DNA of 64,000 nt from an uncultured Acidobacteriota bacterium (lineage in GTDB: Bacteria > Acidobacteriota > Vicinamibacteria > Fen-336): contig OY970399.1 in assembly GCA_963720545.1 (NCBI GenBank), positions 3,520,001 through 3,584,000 on the forward strand. The letters run 5' to 3'. The position numbers and the translations under genes are program-made. The notes under the pieces were generated by a model. The model searched no databases. It had not been told where the DNA came from and saw only the letters and a program-made list of their open reading frames with translations. Shown here piece by piece: positions 1 through 10,012 of this stretch; the first letter of the stretch is position 1, and every line of letters starts with the position of its first letter.

Positions 1-189
1 GCGAGCAGCGACTCGAGCGCAACACCGCTGCGCGGCAGCGGTTCGCGAAACGCTGGCGGTGAGCGGTGCCGCGTTTTCGACGTCGTGTGACGGTTGCGTC
101 GCGAGCGTGCCAACGTGCTCGCGCGCGAACGCGAACACCGCCTCGCCAAGGCGCAGCATCGCGGCATCATCGGGCTCGAGCGGAGTCAT
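1..189 (-). CDS. N-terminal fragment of a probable PLP-dependent (aromatic amino acid-type) decarboxylase, truncated by the window edge, with an apparent frameshift near nt 50-57
   Basis: Manual translation from ATG at 189 gives MTPLEPDDAAMLRLGEAVFAFAREHVGTLATQPSHDVENAAPLTA. A shifted frame continues AFREPLPRSGVALESLL, resembling group II decarboxylase N-termini. Not in the ORF track. Confidence 0.5.
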   Translation of the reverse strand, partial: MTPLEPDDAAMLRLGEAVFAFAREHVGTLATQPSHDVENAAPLTASVSRTAAAQRCCARVAAR

Positions 190-285
190 CGGAGGCGAAG
201 CTTAGGCGAGAAACGTGTTAGCCTCATCCGGTCCATTTCTCCCGTTTTTCCTCGCAAAAACCGAGCTTCTCAAGACCAGGAACCG

Positions 286-1586
<1,301 letters not shown>

Positions 1587-1590
<4 letters not shown>

Positions 1591-2582
1591 CCGCGCCGCC
1601 AGCGCCGCAGCAGCAGCCGGCGTGGCCGATCACCCTGCGCGACGTCCTCGAGGCGCGCCAACGGATTGCGGCGCACATTCAGCGCACGCCATTGCGCAGC
1701 TACGCCGGACTCGACGCTCTCGTCGGCAGCGGCATCCGCGTTCTCGTGAAGCACGAGAACCACAACCCCACTGGCGCCTTCAAGGCGCGGAACGCGCTGT
1801 CCGCGCTGCTGATGCTGAGCGACGAACAGCGCGCGCGCGGCGTCATCGGCGCGACCCGCGGCAACCACGGCCAGGGTCTCGCGTGGGCGGGAGAGAAGCT
1901 CGGCGTCAAGGTCACGGTGTGCGTGCCGTTCGGCAACAACCCCGACAAGAACGATTCGATGCGCGGCTACGGAGCGCGCCTCATCGAGGACGGCGCCGAC
2001 TACGACGCCGCGGTGAAGGTGGCCGACCGCCTGACGCGCGCCGAGGGCCTGACGCTCGTGCATTCCACCAACAACCTCGGCGTGCTCGCCGGCGCCGCCA
2101 CCATCAGCCTCGAGATCCTCGAGGATGCGCCCGAGGTGGACGCCATCGTGGTCGGCGTCGGCGGCGGTTCGCAGGCAGTCGGCGCCATCACGGTGGCGCG
2201 CGCGCTGAAGCCGTCGCTCGAGGTGTTCGGCGTGCAGGCAGCCGGCGCCCCGGGGCTGCAGCAGTCCTGGAAGGCGGGTACGGTGCTGGAAGGCCCGCCG
2301 CCCGCGACCATCGCCGACGGCCTTGCGACGCGCGTTCCGCAGCCCATGACGTTCGACGCGCTGCGCAGCGGCCTTGCCGACTTCGTCCTGGTGAGCGAAG
2401 ACCAGATCGCGGCGGGCGTTCGCGACTTGCTGCGCACCACCCACAACCTGCCCGAGGCTTCAGCGGCGGTGCCGCTTGCCGGCATCCTCCAGTTGCGCGA
2501 GCGCCTCGCGGGCAAGACCGTCGCCTTCATCTTCTCCGGCGGCAACATCGACGCCGCCACCTTGCGCCAGGTCCTGGCATAG
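1587..2582 (+). CDS. PLP-dependent threonine/serine dehydratase family protein
   Basis: KHENHNPTGAFKARNA (PLP lysine), ATRGNHGQ, VGVGGGS, FSGGN. Start uncertain: probably CTG at 1587 overlapping the gltA TGA. Confidence 0.88.
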
Positions 2583-2603
2583 GTCTTTTCCCCCGACCCA
2601 TCG

Positions 2604-2653
2604 CCGTTTTCCCGAGGGGTTCGGGTTGTTACTGCCCCGAGGGATCTCCCGTT
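2604..2653. repeat. Dispersed REP-like element, copy 1 (inverted relative to copy 2 at 24169-24220)
   Basis: Reverse complement AACGGGAGATCCCTCGGGGCAG...CCCTCGGGAAAACGG matches 24169-24220 at both ends. Confidence 0.75.
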
Positions 2654-2692
2654 GTGGCACACTTCCCGCGCCTGCGGGCAGGAGGTCATACG

Positions 2693-3271
2693 ATGGGACG
2701 AAAGATTCTGGCCGGTTTCCTGGCGGCCCTTGCGATGTTCGTCTACGGCATGATTTCGCACATGGCGCTCGGGCTCACCGACCGCCACCTGAAGACCTTC
2801 CCCAACGAGGCGGCGGTGATCGAAGGCCTCCGCACCACGGTGCCGGGCCGCGGCCTCTACCTCTATCCGTCGATCGCCATGGACGCGCCGCCCGAGCTGC
2901 AGCAGTCGGCGATGATCGAGTACAACCGGGCCTACTCGGCCGGCCCGCGCGGCATCCTGATCTACGAGCCGACCGGCGGCACGCCGAGCTTCCCGCTGAT
3001 GCTCGCCAGGCAGTTCCTCTTCAACGCAGCCGTCGCCTTCATCGCCATGTGGCTGCTTGGATTCGCGGCTGCGCAGCGGCCCGCCTACTGGAGCCGCGTG
3101 TGCTTCGTCGCCTCGCTGGGCGTCCTGGCCAGCTTCTTCGTCGACTTCCCGTACTGGAACTGGTATTCGTTCCCGACGGGTTACACCCTCGCCGTGCTCC
3201 TCGACCGCACGCTGATGGCGGCGGCAGGCGGCCTGGTGCTCGCGTACTTCGTGAAGCCGCTGCGCGCCTAG
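2693..3271 (+). CDS. Hypothetical integral membrane protein (about 4 TM)
   Basis: GGAGG RBS before ATG 2693. MGRKILAGFLAALAMF N-terminus, hydrophobic C-terminal segments, high-GC3 codon usage. Confidence 0.8.
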   Translation: MGRKILAGFLAALAMFVYGMISHMALGLTDRHLKTFPNEAAVIEGLRTTVPGRGLYLYPSIAMDAPPELQQSAMIEYNRAYSAGPRGILIYEPTGGTPSFPLMLARQFLFNAAVAFIAMWLLGFAAAQRPAYWSRVCFVASLGVLASFFVDFPYWNWYSFPTGYTLAVLLDRTLMAAAGGLVLAYFVKPLRA

Positions 3272-3383
3272 GTTCTCCTCGGCCTCCAGCAGGCGGGCAA
3301 GGGCGTCGAGCCGCCGTGTCCATTGGGTGCGCTGCGCCGCCAGCCAGTAGACTGCAAGCACCGAAGGGACGAGAGGTGAAGCG

Positions 3384-3695
3384 CTGGACCACATCGGCAA
3401 GACGTTCGAGTTCGACTACGGTGCGCTGCTGATCGAGGTGCGCTACCAGGCGGCCGACCGCCTGCTGTGGAAGCAAGTGAAGGGGCCGGCCGCCGGCTCG
3501 AGCGGCATCGAGGCGACCAGCATGATCGAGATCCGGCCGCGCGTCGTTTTCATCACCTGGCAGGAAAAGGATCTCTCGGTGGTGTCGCAGGTGGTCGACT
3601 TCGAACGCGGCGCGGTGTTCACCGCGTGGGTCTCCGCCGCCAGGGCGCTTGCCAATTTCCAAGGCAAGGTCAAGGAGACCTTCCCGGCGCAGTAG
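3384..3695 (+). CDS. MoaF/phenolic-acid-decarboxylase-like small beta-barrel protein
   Basis: Frame extends upstream of GTG 3438 as LDHIGKTFEFDYGALLIEVRY. EIRPRVVFITWQEKDLSVVSQVVDF is typical of MoaF N-terminal domains. GAGG lies 8 nt before CTG 3384. Confidence 0.7.
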   Translation: MDHIGKTFEFDYGALLIEVRYQAADRLLWKQVKGPAAGSSGIEATSMIEIRPRVVFITWQEKDLSVVSQVVDFERGAVFTAWVSAARALANFQGKVKETFPAQ

Positions 3696-4712
3696 TTAGC
3701 GGGCGGGCGCTTGCGTGGCCGCCGCGGTGCCGCGGTCGGTCGGGGTGCCCTCGGCCAGTTCCCAGTTGGTGTGCGGCGCGCGGTTCAGCACGAACCATTG
3801 CCAGACGATCTGCCGATAGGTGTGCGGCTTCAGCTCCAGCTCGGCGTACAGCGGGCGCAGCCGCATGTGCAGCTTGCGCAGGTTGTAGAACGGCACGCGC
3901 GGAAAGTAGTGATGCTCGAGGTGGTAGTTCGAGTAGACGAACAGGAAGTCCCAGAACCGGCTGGCCTTCATCAGCGTCGCCCACTTGAGCGGATGCGTCG
4001 GGTCGATGTTGTAGTGCTGCCCGAGCCGGTTGAGGCAGAACGCCACCGGGAAGACGAAGAAGTACGGGATCAGCTGCACGCGCAGCAGCACACCGAGGCC
4101 GCCGAAGTAGTAGAGCGCGCCCATCACGCCGAACTGCAGCGCCATGGTGCCGAGTCGCTCGAACGCGATGCGGCGGCGCAGCGCCGCCGGATAGGTGGCC
4201 ACTTCGCTCGCAGCCGCGCGGAAATAGATGGGGATGAGCAGCGGCGTCGCGTAGAGGAGCTTGTACCAGCGGGCGTTGCGCTTGGGCGAGAGCCAATGCC
4301 GCTTCGGGTCGTCCTCGTCGGAACCCAGGTTGTCGTGGTGGTCGAGGTGCCACTTGGTGAACTGGCTCGCCGAGATGCCGCTGGTGCTGGCGTAGACGAT
4401 GCCGAGGACACGCTCCCAGCCGGGCCGTCCGTGGCGGAACACCGACTGGTGGACCACCTCGTGGAGCAGCGTGGTCATGTTGAAGAAGGTGAAGCCCTGG
4501 ACGATGGCCAGCGGCACCCAGATGAGCGGGTTGGTGAAGTGCCACAGACCCCAGCCGCACAGCCCGATGATCGCGAACTGGCGGAACGCGTACGCGAGGT
4601 GCATCGCCGGCTTGTTGACGTGCAGCTCGCGCAGTTCTTCCACAGGAATCGCCTCGCGGAGGCGGGTCTTGAACTGGGCAATCGCCGTCCAGTAGTGGTT
4701 CGACTTGCTCAC
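3696..4712 (-). CDS. Fatty acid desaturase family protein
   Basis: His boxes HEVVH, HLDHH and HLEHH plus GQH, with TM segments. Confidence 0.9.
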   Translation of the reverse strand: MSKSNHYWTAIAQFKTRLREAIPVEELRELHVNKPAMHLAYAFRQFAIIGLCGWGLWHFTNPLIWVPLAIVQGFTFFNMTTLLHEVVHQSVFRHGRPGWERVLGIVYASTSGISASQFTKWHLDHHDNLGSDEDDPKRHWLSPKRNARWYKLLYATPLLIPIYFRAAASEVATYPAALRRRIAFERLGTMALQFGVMGALYYFGGLGVLLRVQLIPYFFVFPVAFCLNRLGQHYNIDPTHPLKWATLMKASRFWDFLFVYSNYHLEHHYFPRVPFYNLRKLHMRLRPLYAELELKPHTYRQIVWQWFVLNRAPHTNWELAEGTPTDRGTAAATQAPAR

Positions 4713-4718
4713 GAACCC

Positions 4719-4770
4719 ATATTAACAGGGGGGTAAAGCAGGGCTGGTAATAGGTTGGTAACAGCGGTCA
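4719..4770 (-). promoter_or_regulatory. Putative extended -10 (TGtTAATAT) 6 nt upstream of the desaturase GTG, preceded by TTACC direct repeats
   Basis: TAATAT at 4724-4719. GGTAA at 4732, 4746 and 4757 and GGTCA at 4766 on the + strand. Confidence 0.5.
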
Positions 4771-4779
4771 AGACAGGCG

Positions 4780-4809
4780 CGGGGCCCCGAGAAAGGATCC
4801 GGGGCCCCG
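4780..4809 (-). terminator. GC-rich hairpin downstream of the 4835-5287 gene
   Basis: CGGGGCCCCG-N10-CGGGGCCCCG (self-complementary arms). No strong U-tract. Confidence 0.45.
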
Positions 4810-4834
4810 GTGGGACGCGTTACCGCCCAGGCAG

Positions 4835-5287
4835 TTACCAGCGGCGGTCGGAATAGCCGGGTCGCGGCCGCGCGTAGTCGCGATCGCCCCAGCGGTCGCG
4901 GTAGCCCTGGTCGTAGCCCTGGACGTAGCCGCGGCGGAAGCCGGCCTGGTAGGCGTCGCGAGGACCGAACTCGCGCTTGTAGCCCTTGTCGGCGTTGCGA
5001 TACGTCTTCTCGTCGCGGTACTCGTAGCGGCGGTCGCGGTTGTCGTCGCGGTCGCCCTGCTTCAGGCCTTCGCTGCGGCCGCGTTCGTAACCGGCCTGGT
5101 AAGCGTAGGAGCTGTAGGAACCGTAGCCATTTCCATATCCGCCGTAGCCGCCGTAACCGTAGCGGTTGTCGTAGTGCCGATCGCCGCCGAGCACGATGCG
5201 AATGCCGACGTCGGCTGCCATCACGGGTGTGGGGGCGATCGCCGAAGCCGCGACGAAAACCCCCGCTGCCAACAGTGTCGCCTTCAT
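4835..5287 (-). CDS. Secreted Gly/Tyr/Arg/Asp-rich hypothetical protein with YxxGY/F repeats
   Basis: AGGAG RBS, signal peptide MKATLLAAGVFVAASAIA, repeats YQAGYERG and YQAGFRRGYVQGYDQGY. Confidence 0.8.
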   Translation of the reverse strand: MKATLLAAGVFVAASAIAPTPVMAADVGIRIVLGGDRHYDNRYGYGGYGGYGNGYGSYSSYAYQAGYERGRSEGLKQGDRDDNRDRRYEYRDEKTYRNADKGYKREFGPRDAYQAGFRRGYVQGYDQGYRDRWGDRDYARPRPGYSDRRW

Positions 5288-5333
5288 GACCTTGTCTCCT
5301 TTGATCGGCGCTTGCCGAGTCGGGGAGTGGAAT

Positions 5334-5349
5334 TGCAACGGCCATGCCT
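5334..5349 (-). promoter_or_regulatory. Putative sigma54 (-24/-12) promoter
   Basis: Minus strand AGGCATGGCCGTTGCA matches the TGGCACG-N4-TTGC spacing, 46 nt upstream of ATG 5287. Confidence 0.6.
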
Positions 5350-5428
5350 GCGCAAAAACCCAACAAATACCGAAGAAATTACAGCGGACGGGGTGGCCGT
5401 CCGCTGTGGAGGACAGCGCGCGTGATGC

Positions 5429-6517
5429 CTACGGACGTGCTTCGAGCACCATATTGAATGGAGTCGCGGCAACGCGCTTCACGCTACTGAAGCCGGCGTC
5501 TTGCGCGACCTTGCGAAGCCGTGCCTCACCAGCCTGCGCACCAAGCGCGGCGCCGACATCCTGTGACAGCGAGTTCGGCGTGCAAAGCAGGGTCGAGAAA
5601 CCGTAGTAGACGCTGCCGACGGGGTTGAGGTTTCCGACGAGGTCGTCGGCCGCCATCGGCTCGACGATCATCCACACGCCGTCTGGTGCCAGCGACTGGC
5701 GCACGTGGCGCGCCGCGCCGACCGGGTCACCCATGTCGTGCAGGCAGTCGAAGAACGTGACGAGGTCGTAGCCGGCGCCGGGGAACTCGGCCGCCGCCGC
5801 ACGCTGGAACGAGACGCGGGTACCGAGGCCAGCAGCGGCCGCGTTGTCGCGCGCCATGTCTAGAGAGCCCTGGTGATAGTCGAAGCCCTTGAAGGTGGTG
5901 TTCGGGAACGCCTTCGCCATGAGGATGGTGGAGGCGCCTAGCCCGCAGCCGACGTCGGCGACGCGCGCGCCGCGCTCGAGCTTCCCGGTGACGCCGGAAA
6001 GCGCCGGCAGCCAGGAGGTCAGCAGGTTCGCGAGGTAGTTGGGCCGGAAGAAGCGCTCGCAGCCTTCGAAGACGTTGTGGTCGTGCTCGTGCCAGCCGAA
6101 GCCCTTGCCGGTGCGAAAGCACTCTTCGATCTGCGGCACGGCGTCGAGCGAGCCGAGCGCCAGCTGGAAGGCGCCGGGGAAGTAGGCGATGGCCTGCGGA
6201 TCGGTGAGTGCAAAAGCCTGCTCGGGCGAAATGCTGAAACGGTCGCTGTCGGCGTGATACGCGATGTAGCCGCTCGCGGACTGCGCCGACGCCCACTCGC
6301 GCACGTAGCGCTCGGTGGTTTTGGTGCGCGCCGCGAGCTCGGCGGCGCTGAGCGGTTCGGCGGCATCGGCCAGGGCCTTGTAGAGGCCAAGGCGCGCGCC
6401 CAGCACCACGAGGCCGGCGTTGACCGTGGCGCCGAGGTCGCCGACGAAACGGTTCAGGAAGGTATCGAACTTCGCGGGATCGAAAGCAGCAGCGGGCTGT
6501 GTGGCTTGAGTCGACAT
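5429..6517 (-). CDS. Class I SAM-dependent methyltransferase with N-terminal wHTH (Rv2258c-like)
   Basis: VADVGCGLGAS SAM motif, FFDCLHDMGDP, N-terminal ELAARTKTTERYVREW. AGGAG before ATG 6517. Confidence 0.92.
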   Translation of the reverse strand: MSTQATQPAAAFDPAKFDTFLNRFVGDLGATVNAGLVVLGARLGLYKALADAAEPLSAAELAARTKTTERYVREWASAQSASGYIAYHADSDRFSISPEQAFALTDPQAIAYFPGAFQLALGSLDAVPQIEECFRTGKGFGWHEHDHNVFEGCERFFRPNYLANLLTSWLPALSGVTGKLERGARVADVGCGLGASTILMAKAFPNTTFKGFDYHQGSLDMARDNAAAAGLGTRVSFQRAAAAEFPGAGYDLVTFFDCLHDMGDPVGAARHVRQSLAPDGVWMIVEPMAADDLVGNLNPVGSVYYGFSTLLCTPNSLSQDVGAALGAQAGEARLRKVAQDAGFSSVKRVAATPFNMVLEARP

Positions 6518-6561
6518 CGTTTGGCTCCTGGCGGGGAGACTCTCCCCGGGTCTGATGTAAT

Positions 6562-6577
6562 TCGGTCGCTCGACCGA
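6562..6577. promoter_or_regulatory. Putative TetR operator, copy 1
   Basis: Palindrome TCGGTCG-CT-CGACCGA. Confidence 0.75.
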
Positions 6578-6691
6578 CAAGACGCAATATCAGCCCTGGC
6601 CGGCTGATTGTCAAGAACCAAAATGGTCAACATCCTCAGATAATCCTCATGGATCTCTTGACAATGGTTTTCGGACGCGAGAAAGTCGGAA

Positions 6692-6707
6692 TCGGTCGTA
6701 CGACCGA
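6692..6707. promoter_or_regulatory. Putative TetR operator, copy 2
   Basis: Palindrome TCGGTCG-TA-CGACCGA, immediately before the RBS and TTG of tetR. Confidence 0.75.
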
Positions 6708-6717
6708 AAGAGGTAGT

Positions 6718-7359
6718 TTGACGATTAACGGCAAAGAAACGGACACTCCGGCGGCCATACTCGCGGCAGCGCGCACTCGCTTGCTCGCCGACGGCTACGC
6801 GCGCCTTTCGACGCGCAAGGTCGCGCAGGAGGCGGGGGTTCCGCTGTCGCAGGTTCACTACCACTTTGGCTCGAAGGGCGGCATGGTGCTGGCGCTTCTC
6901 GAGAACGAGAACCGCCGGCGGCTCGCTCGGCAGACGACGATGTACGCGCAGGACACGCCGCTGTGGAAGCGCTGGGAGCAGGCCTGCGACTATTTCGAGG
7001 ACGATCTCGAGTCGGGGTATGTGCGCGTGCTGCAGGAGATGATCGCTGCCGGCTGGTCGACGCCGGAGATCGGGGCGCAGGCGCGAACGATACTGAAGGG
7101 GTGGTTCGACCTGTTGGTGGAGGTGGCGCGCGAGGCCTCGCAGCGGTTTGGCAGCCTCGGCCCGTTCGAGCCGGAGGAGATCGCGGCGCTCGTCGCCTGC
7201 TCCTTCATCGGCGCCGAGGCGCTGCTGCTCGTCGGCCACGAACGCCAGCAGGTGCCCATCCGCGCGTCGCTGCGGCGCGTCGGCACGCTCATCCGCCAGT
7301 TCGAAGACGCGGCCCGCAAGGAAGAGCGGCCGAGGAAGGCGGCTAGTGCGGGCGCTTGA
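6718..7359 (+). CDS. TetR/AcrR family transcriptional regulator
   Basis: ILAAARTRLLADGYARLSTRKVAQEAGVPLSQVHYHFGSK HTH. TTG 6718 follows GAGG (ATG 6649 is an alternative start). Confidence 0.93.
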   Translation: MTINGKETDTPAAILAAARTRLLADGYARLSTRKVAQEAGVPLSQVHYHFGSKGGMVLALLENENRRRLARQTTMYAQDTPLWKRWEQACDYFEDDLESGYVRVLQEMIAAGWSTPEIGAQARTILKGWFDLLVEVAREASQRFGSLGPFEPEEIAALVACSFIGAEALLLVGHERQQVPIRASLRRVGTLIRQFEDAARKEERPRKAASAGA

Positions 7360-9484
7360 GCCCGACCGCGCCGGCTTCGCCGAGCGCAACGGCGTGCGCA
7401 TCGCCTACGAGGTCTTCGGCGACAGGCCCGGACGCACGACCGTGCTGTTGGCGCCGACATGGTCGATCGTCCATTCGCGCATGTGGAAGGGCCAGGTCCC
7501 GTATCTCGCGCGCCACTTCCGGGTCGTCACTTTCGACGGCCGCGGCTGTGGGCAGTCCGACCGGCCGCAAGACAGCGCTGCCTACACCCACCTGGAGTTC
7601 GCCGACGACCTGATCGCGGTCCTCGATGCCACGCTCACGAAGCAGGCGGTGATCTGCGCCTTTTCGTGCGGTGCGTTGTGGAGCGTGCAGGCGGCGGCCG
7701 ACCATCCGGAGCGGGTCCTCGGCCTCGTCGCCATCGGGCCGGCCGTGCCGCTGGCACCGGGCCTGCCCGAGCGGCAGGTCCACGCTTTCGACGCGCGCCT
7801 CGACACCACCGAGGGCTGGGCCAAATACAACAAGCACTACTGGACCGAAGGCGGGTACAGCGACTTCCTCGAGTACTTCTTCCACCAGGTGATCCACGAG
7901 CCGCACTCGACCAAGCAGATCGAGGACCTGATGGGGTGGGCGCATGAGATCGATCCGCAAACCCTCGTGGCCACCGACGAGGGCATGGGCGGGGCCTGCA
8001 CCATCGAAAGCTTCCGCGCGGTGTGCGAGCGCGTGCGCGCGCCGGTGCTCGTGATCCACGGCGACGAGGACCGGATCCGTCCGCATGCGCAGGGCGCGGC
8101 GCTCGCGAAGGTCACGGGCGGCCGTCTCGTCACGGTGGCTGGCGGCGGACACGGGACCACCGCGAAGGATCCGGTGCTCATCAACCTGCTGATCAAGGAG
8201 TTCGTCGACGGTATCGACGCGCACCGCTCGGGCGCCGCCGTGAAGGCGCCGGGCACCGCCTGGACTCGCGCCGTGCGTCGTCCGAGGAAGGCGCTCTACA
8301 TTTCCTCGCCGATCGGCCTCGGCCATGCGCAGCGCGACGTAGCCATTGCGGCGGAGTTGAAGAAGCTTGCACCCGCCCTTCAGATCGACTGGCTCGCGCA
8401 GCACCCGGTAACCACGGTGCTCGAGCGGGTGGGGGAGCGAATCCACCCGGCTTCTCGCTGGCTCGTCAACGAATCGGCGCACATCGAGGACGAGTCGCAC
8501 GAGCACGACCTGCATGCGTTCCAGGCCATCCGCCGCATGGACGAGATCCTGGTCAGCAACTTCATGGTGTTTCACGACGTAGTGGCCGCCGAACCGTACG
8601 ACCTGGTGATCGGCGACGAAGCCTGGGACGTCGACTACTTCCTGCACGAGAACCCCGAGCTCAAGCGCTTCGCGTTCGCGTGGATGACCGACTTCGTGGG
8701 CTGGCTGCCGATGCCCGACGGTGGCGCGCGCGAGGCGGCGCTGGCCGCCGACTACAACGCCGAGATGATCGAGCAGCGCGCGCGCTTCAAGCGGCTGCGC
8801 GACGCGTCGGTGTTCGTTGGTGACGCCGACGACATCGTGCCCGACGCCTTCGGCGCCGGCCTGCCCGCGATCCGCGACTGGACCGAGAAGAATTTCGATT
8901 TCGCCGGCTACGTCACGGGCTTCGATCCCGCGGCCTTTGCCGACCGCGAGGCACTGCGCGCCGAACTCGGCTACCGCCCGGACGCGCGCGTCTGCATCGT
9001 CACTGTCGGCGGGTCAGGCGTCGGCGCGTCGCTGCTGAAGCGCGCAATCGATGCTGTGCCGCTGGCGCGGCGCGCCGTGCCGGGGTTGTGCTTCGTGGTC
9101 GTCTGCGGTCCGCGCATCGATCCGGCGTCGTTGCCGGCGTGCGAGGGCGTCGTCTACAAGCAGTACGTACCGCAGCTCTACAAGCACCTCGCGGCCTGCG
9201 ACCTGGCGGTGGTTCAGGGCGGCCTGACTACCTGCATGGAACTGACCGCCAACCGCCGCCCCTTCATCTACGTGCCGCTGCGCCACCACTTCGAGCAGAA
9301 CTTCCACGTCCGCCACCGCCTCAACCGCTATGGCGCCGGCCGCCACATGCCGTACGAGGAAGCGAGCGAACCCGATGCCCTGGCCGCCGCGATCACGGCC
9401 GAGATCGACCGCACCGTCGACTACCGCCCGGTGGCAACGGACGGCGCCGCCAAGGCTGCGCGGCTGCTCGCCAACCTGCTCTAG
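7346..9484 (+). CDS. Alpha/beta-hydrolase fused to a GT-B (GT28-C/UGT-like) glycosyltransferase
   Basis: N-half: FDGRGCGQSD, AFSCG nucleophile elbow, HGDEDR, GGHG. C-half: SSPIGLGHAQRD, TVGGSGVG, QGGLTTCMEL, HFEQ. GTG start overlaps the tetR end. Confidence 0.88.
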   Translation: MRALEPDRAGFAERNGVRIAYEVFGDRPGRTTVLLAPTWSIVHSRMWKGQVPYLARHFRVVTFDGRGCGQSDRPQDSAAYTHLEFADDLIAVLDATLTKQAVICAFSCGALWSVQAAADHPERVLGLVAIGPAVPLAPGLPERQVHAFDARLDTTEGWAKYNKHYWTEGGYSDFLEYFFHQVIHEPHSTKQIEDLMGWAHEIDPQTLVATDEGMGGACTIESFRAVCERVRAPVLVIHGDEDRIRPHAQGAALAKVTGGRLVTVAGGGHGTTAKDPVLINLLIKEFVDGIDAHRSGAAVKAPGTAWTRAVRRPRKALYISSPIGLGHAQRDVAIAAELKKLAPALQIDWLAQHPVTTVLERVGERIHPASRWLVNESAHIEDESHEHDLHAFQAIRRMDEILVSNFMVFHDVVAAEPYDLVIGDEAWDVDYFLHENPELKRFAFAWMTDFVGWLPMPDGGAREAALAADYNAEMIEQRARFKRLRDASVFVGDADDIVPDAFGAGLPAIRDWTEKNFDFAGYVTGFDPAAFADREALRAELGYRPDARVCIVTVGGSGVGASLLKRAIDAVPLARRAVPGLCFVVVCGPRIDPASLPACEGVVYKQYVPQLYKHLAACDLAVVQGGLTTCMELTANRRPFIYVPLRHHFEQNFHVRHRLNRYGAGRHMPYEEASEPDALAAAITAEIDRTVDYRPVATDGAAKAARLLANLL

Positions 9485-9496
9485 AAAGCGGGGCGG

Positions 9497-9835
9497 TTAG
9501 CCGGCGTCCTGGACGCGCCAGCGGCTGAGGCCCGGATCCGTGAGCTCGTGCGAGCGCATCTCGGTCGCAACGCCGGTCGCGAGCGCCCGCTTCACCTCGT
9601 CGGCCACCGCCGCCTCGAGTGTCACCAGTTCCTTGCGGCGGCGCCTCGCTTCGTCGGTGTCCTGCGCCGACGGCGGCAGCGCGTCGAGGGCGGCAGTGGC
9701 CCGCTGGGACACGATCCGTCCCACGGCGACCGCGAACAGGTCGCGTTCACGCGTGCTCCACGCGTCGCTGCGATTCAGGTCGAGCCCGATTTCCCGGACG
9801 TCCTCGTGGATCCCCAAGCGGTCAACTATGAACAC
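9497..9835 (-). CDS. Hypothetical protein
   Basis: ORF with GGAG before GTG 9835. No recognisable motif. Confidence 0.5.
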   Translation of the reverse strand: MFIVDRLGIHEDVREIGLDLNRSDAWSTRERDLFAVAVGRIVSQRATAALDALPPSAQDTDEARRRRKELVTLEAAVADEVKRALATGVATEMRSHELTDPGLSRWRVQDAG

Positions 9836-9984
9836 CGTGCTCCTCCCACTTGCGTTACGTGCCCCCGCCCACAAGTTCCCTGTCAAAAGTTGCAGCGTTC
9901 CCGAGCGCTGTCACCGCTTGCGCGAAAGCACCGGCTCCCGAACGCTGCCAACGCGGCGCTGGCGCGAAGGATCCTCGTTTCCCC

Positions 9985-10004
9985 TACTGTGTCCGGACAC
10001 AGTA
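9985..10004. repeat. Perfect 20-bp palindrome
   Basis: TACTGTGTCCGGACACAGTA, 8 nt past the acetamidase stop. Confidence 0.8.
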
Positions 10005-10012
10005 ACGCCCGC

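Noticed and set aside
4835..5287. YxxGY-repeat protein as a RiPP precursor
   Set aside because: It has a Sec-type signal peptide and no adjacent maturases.
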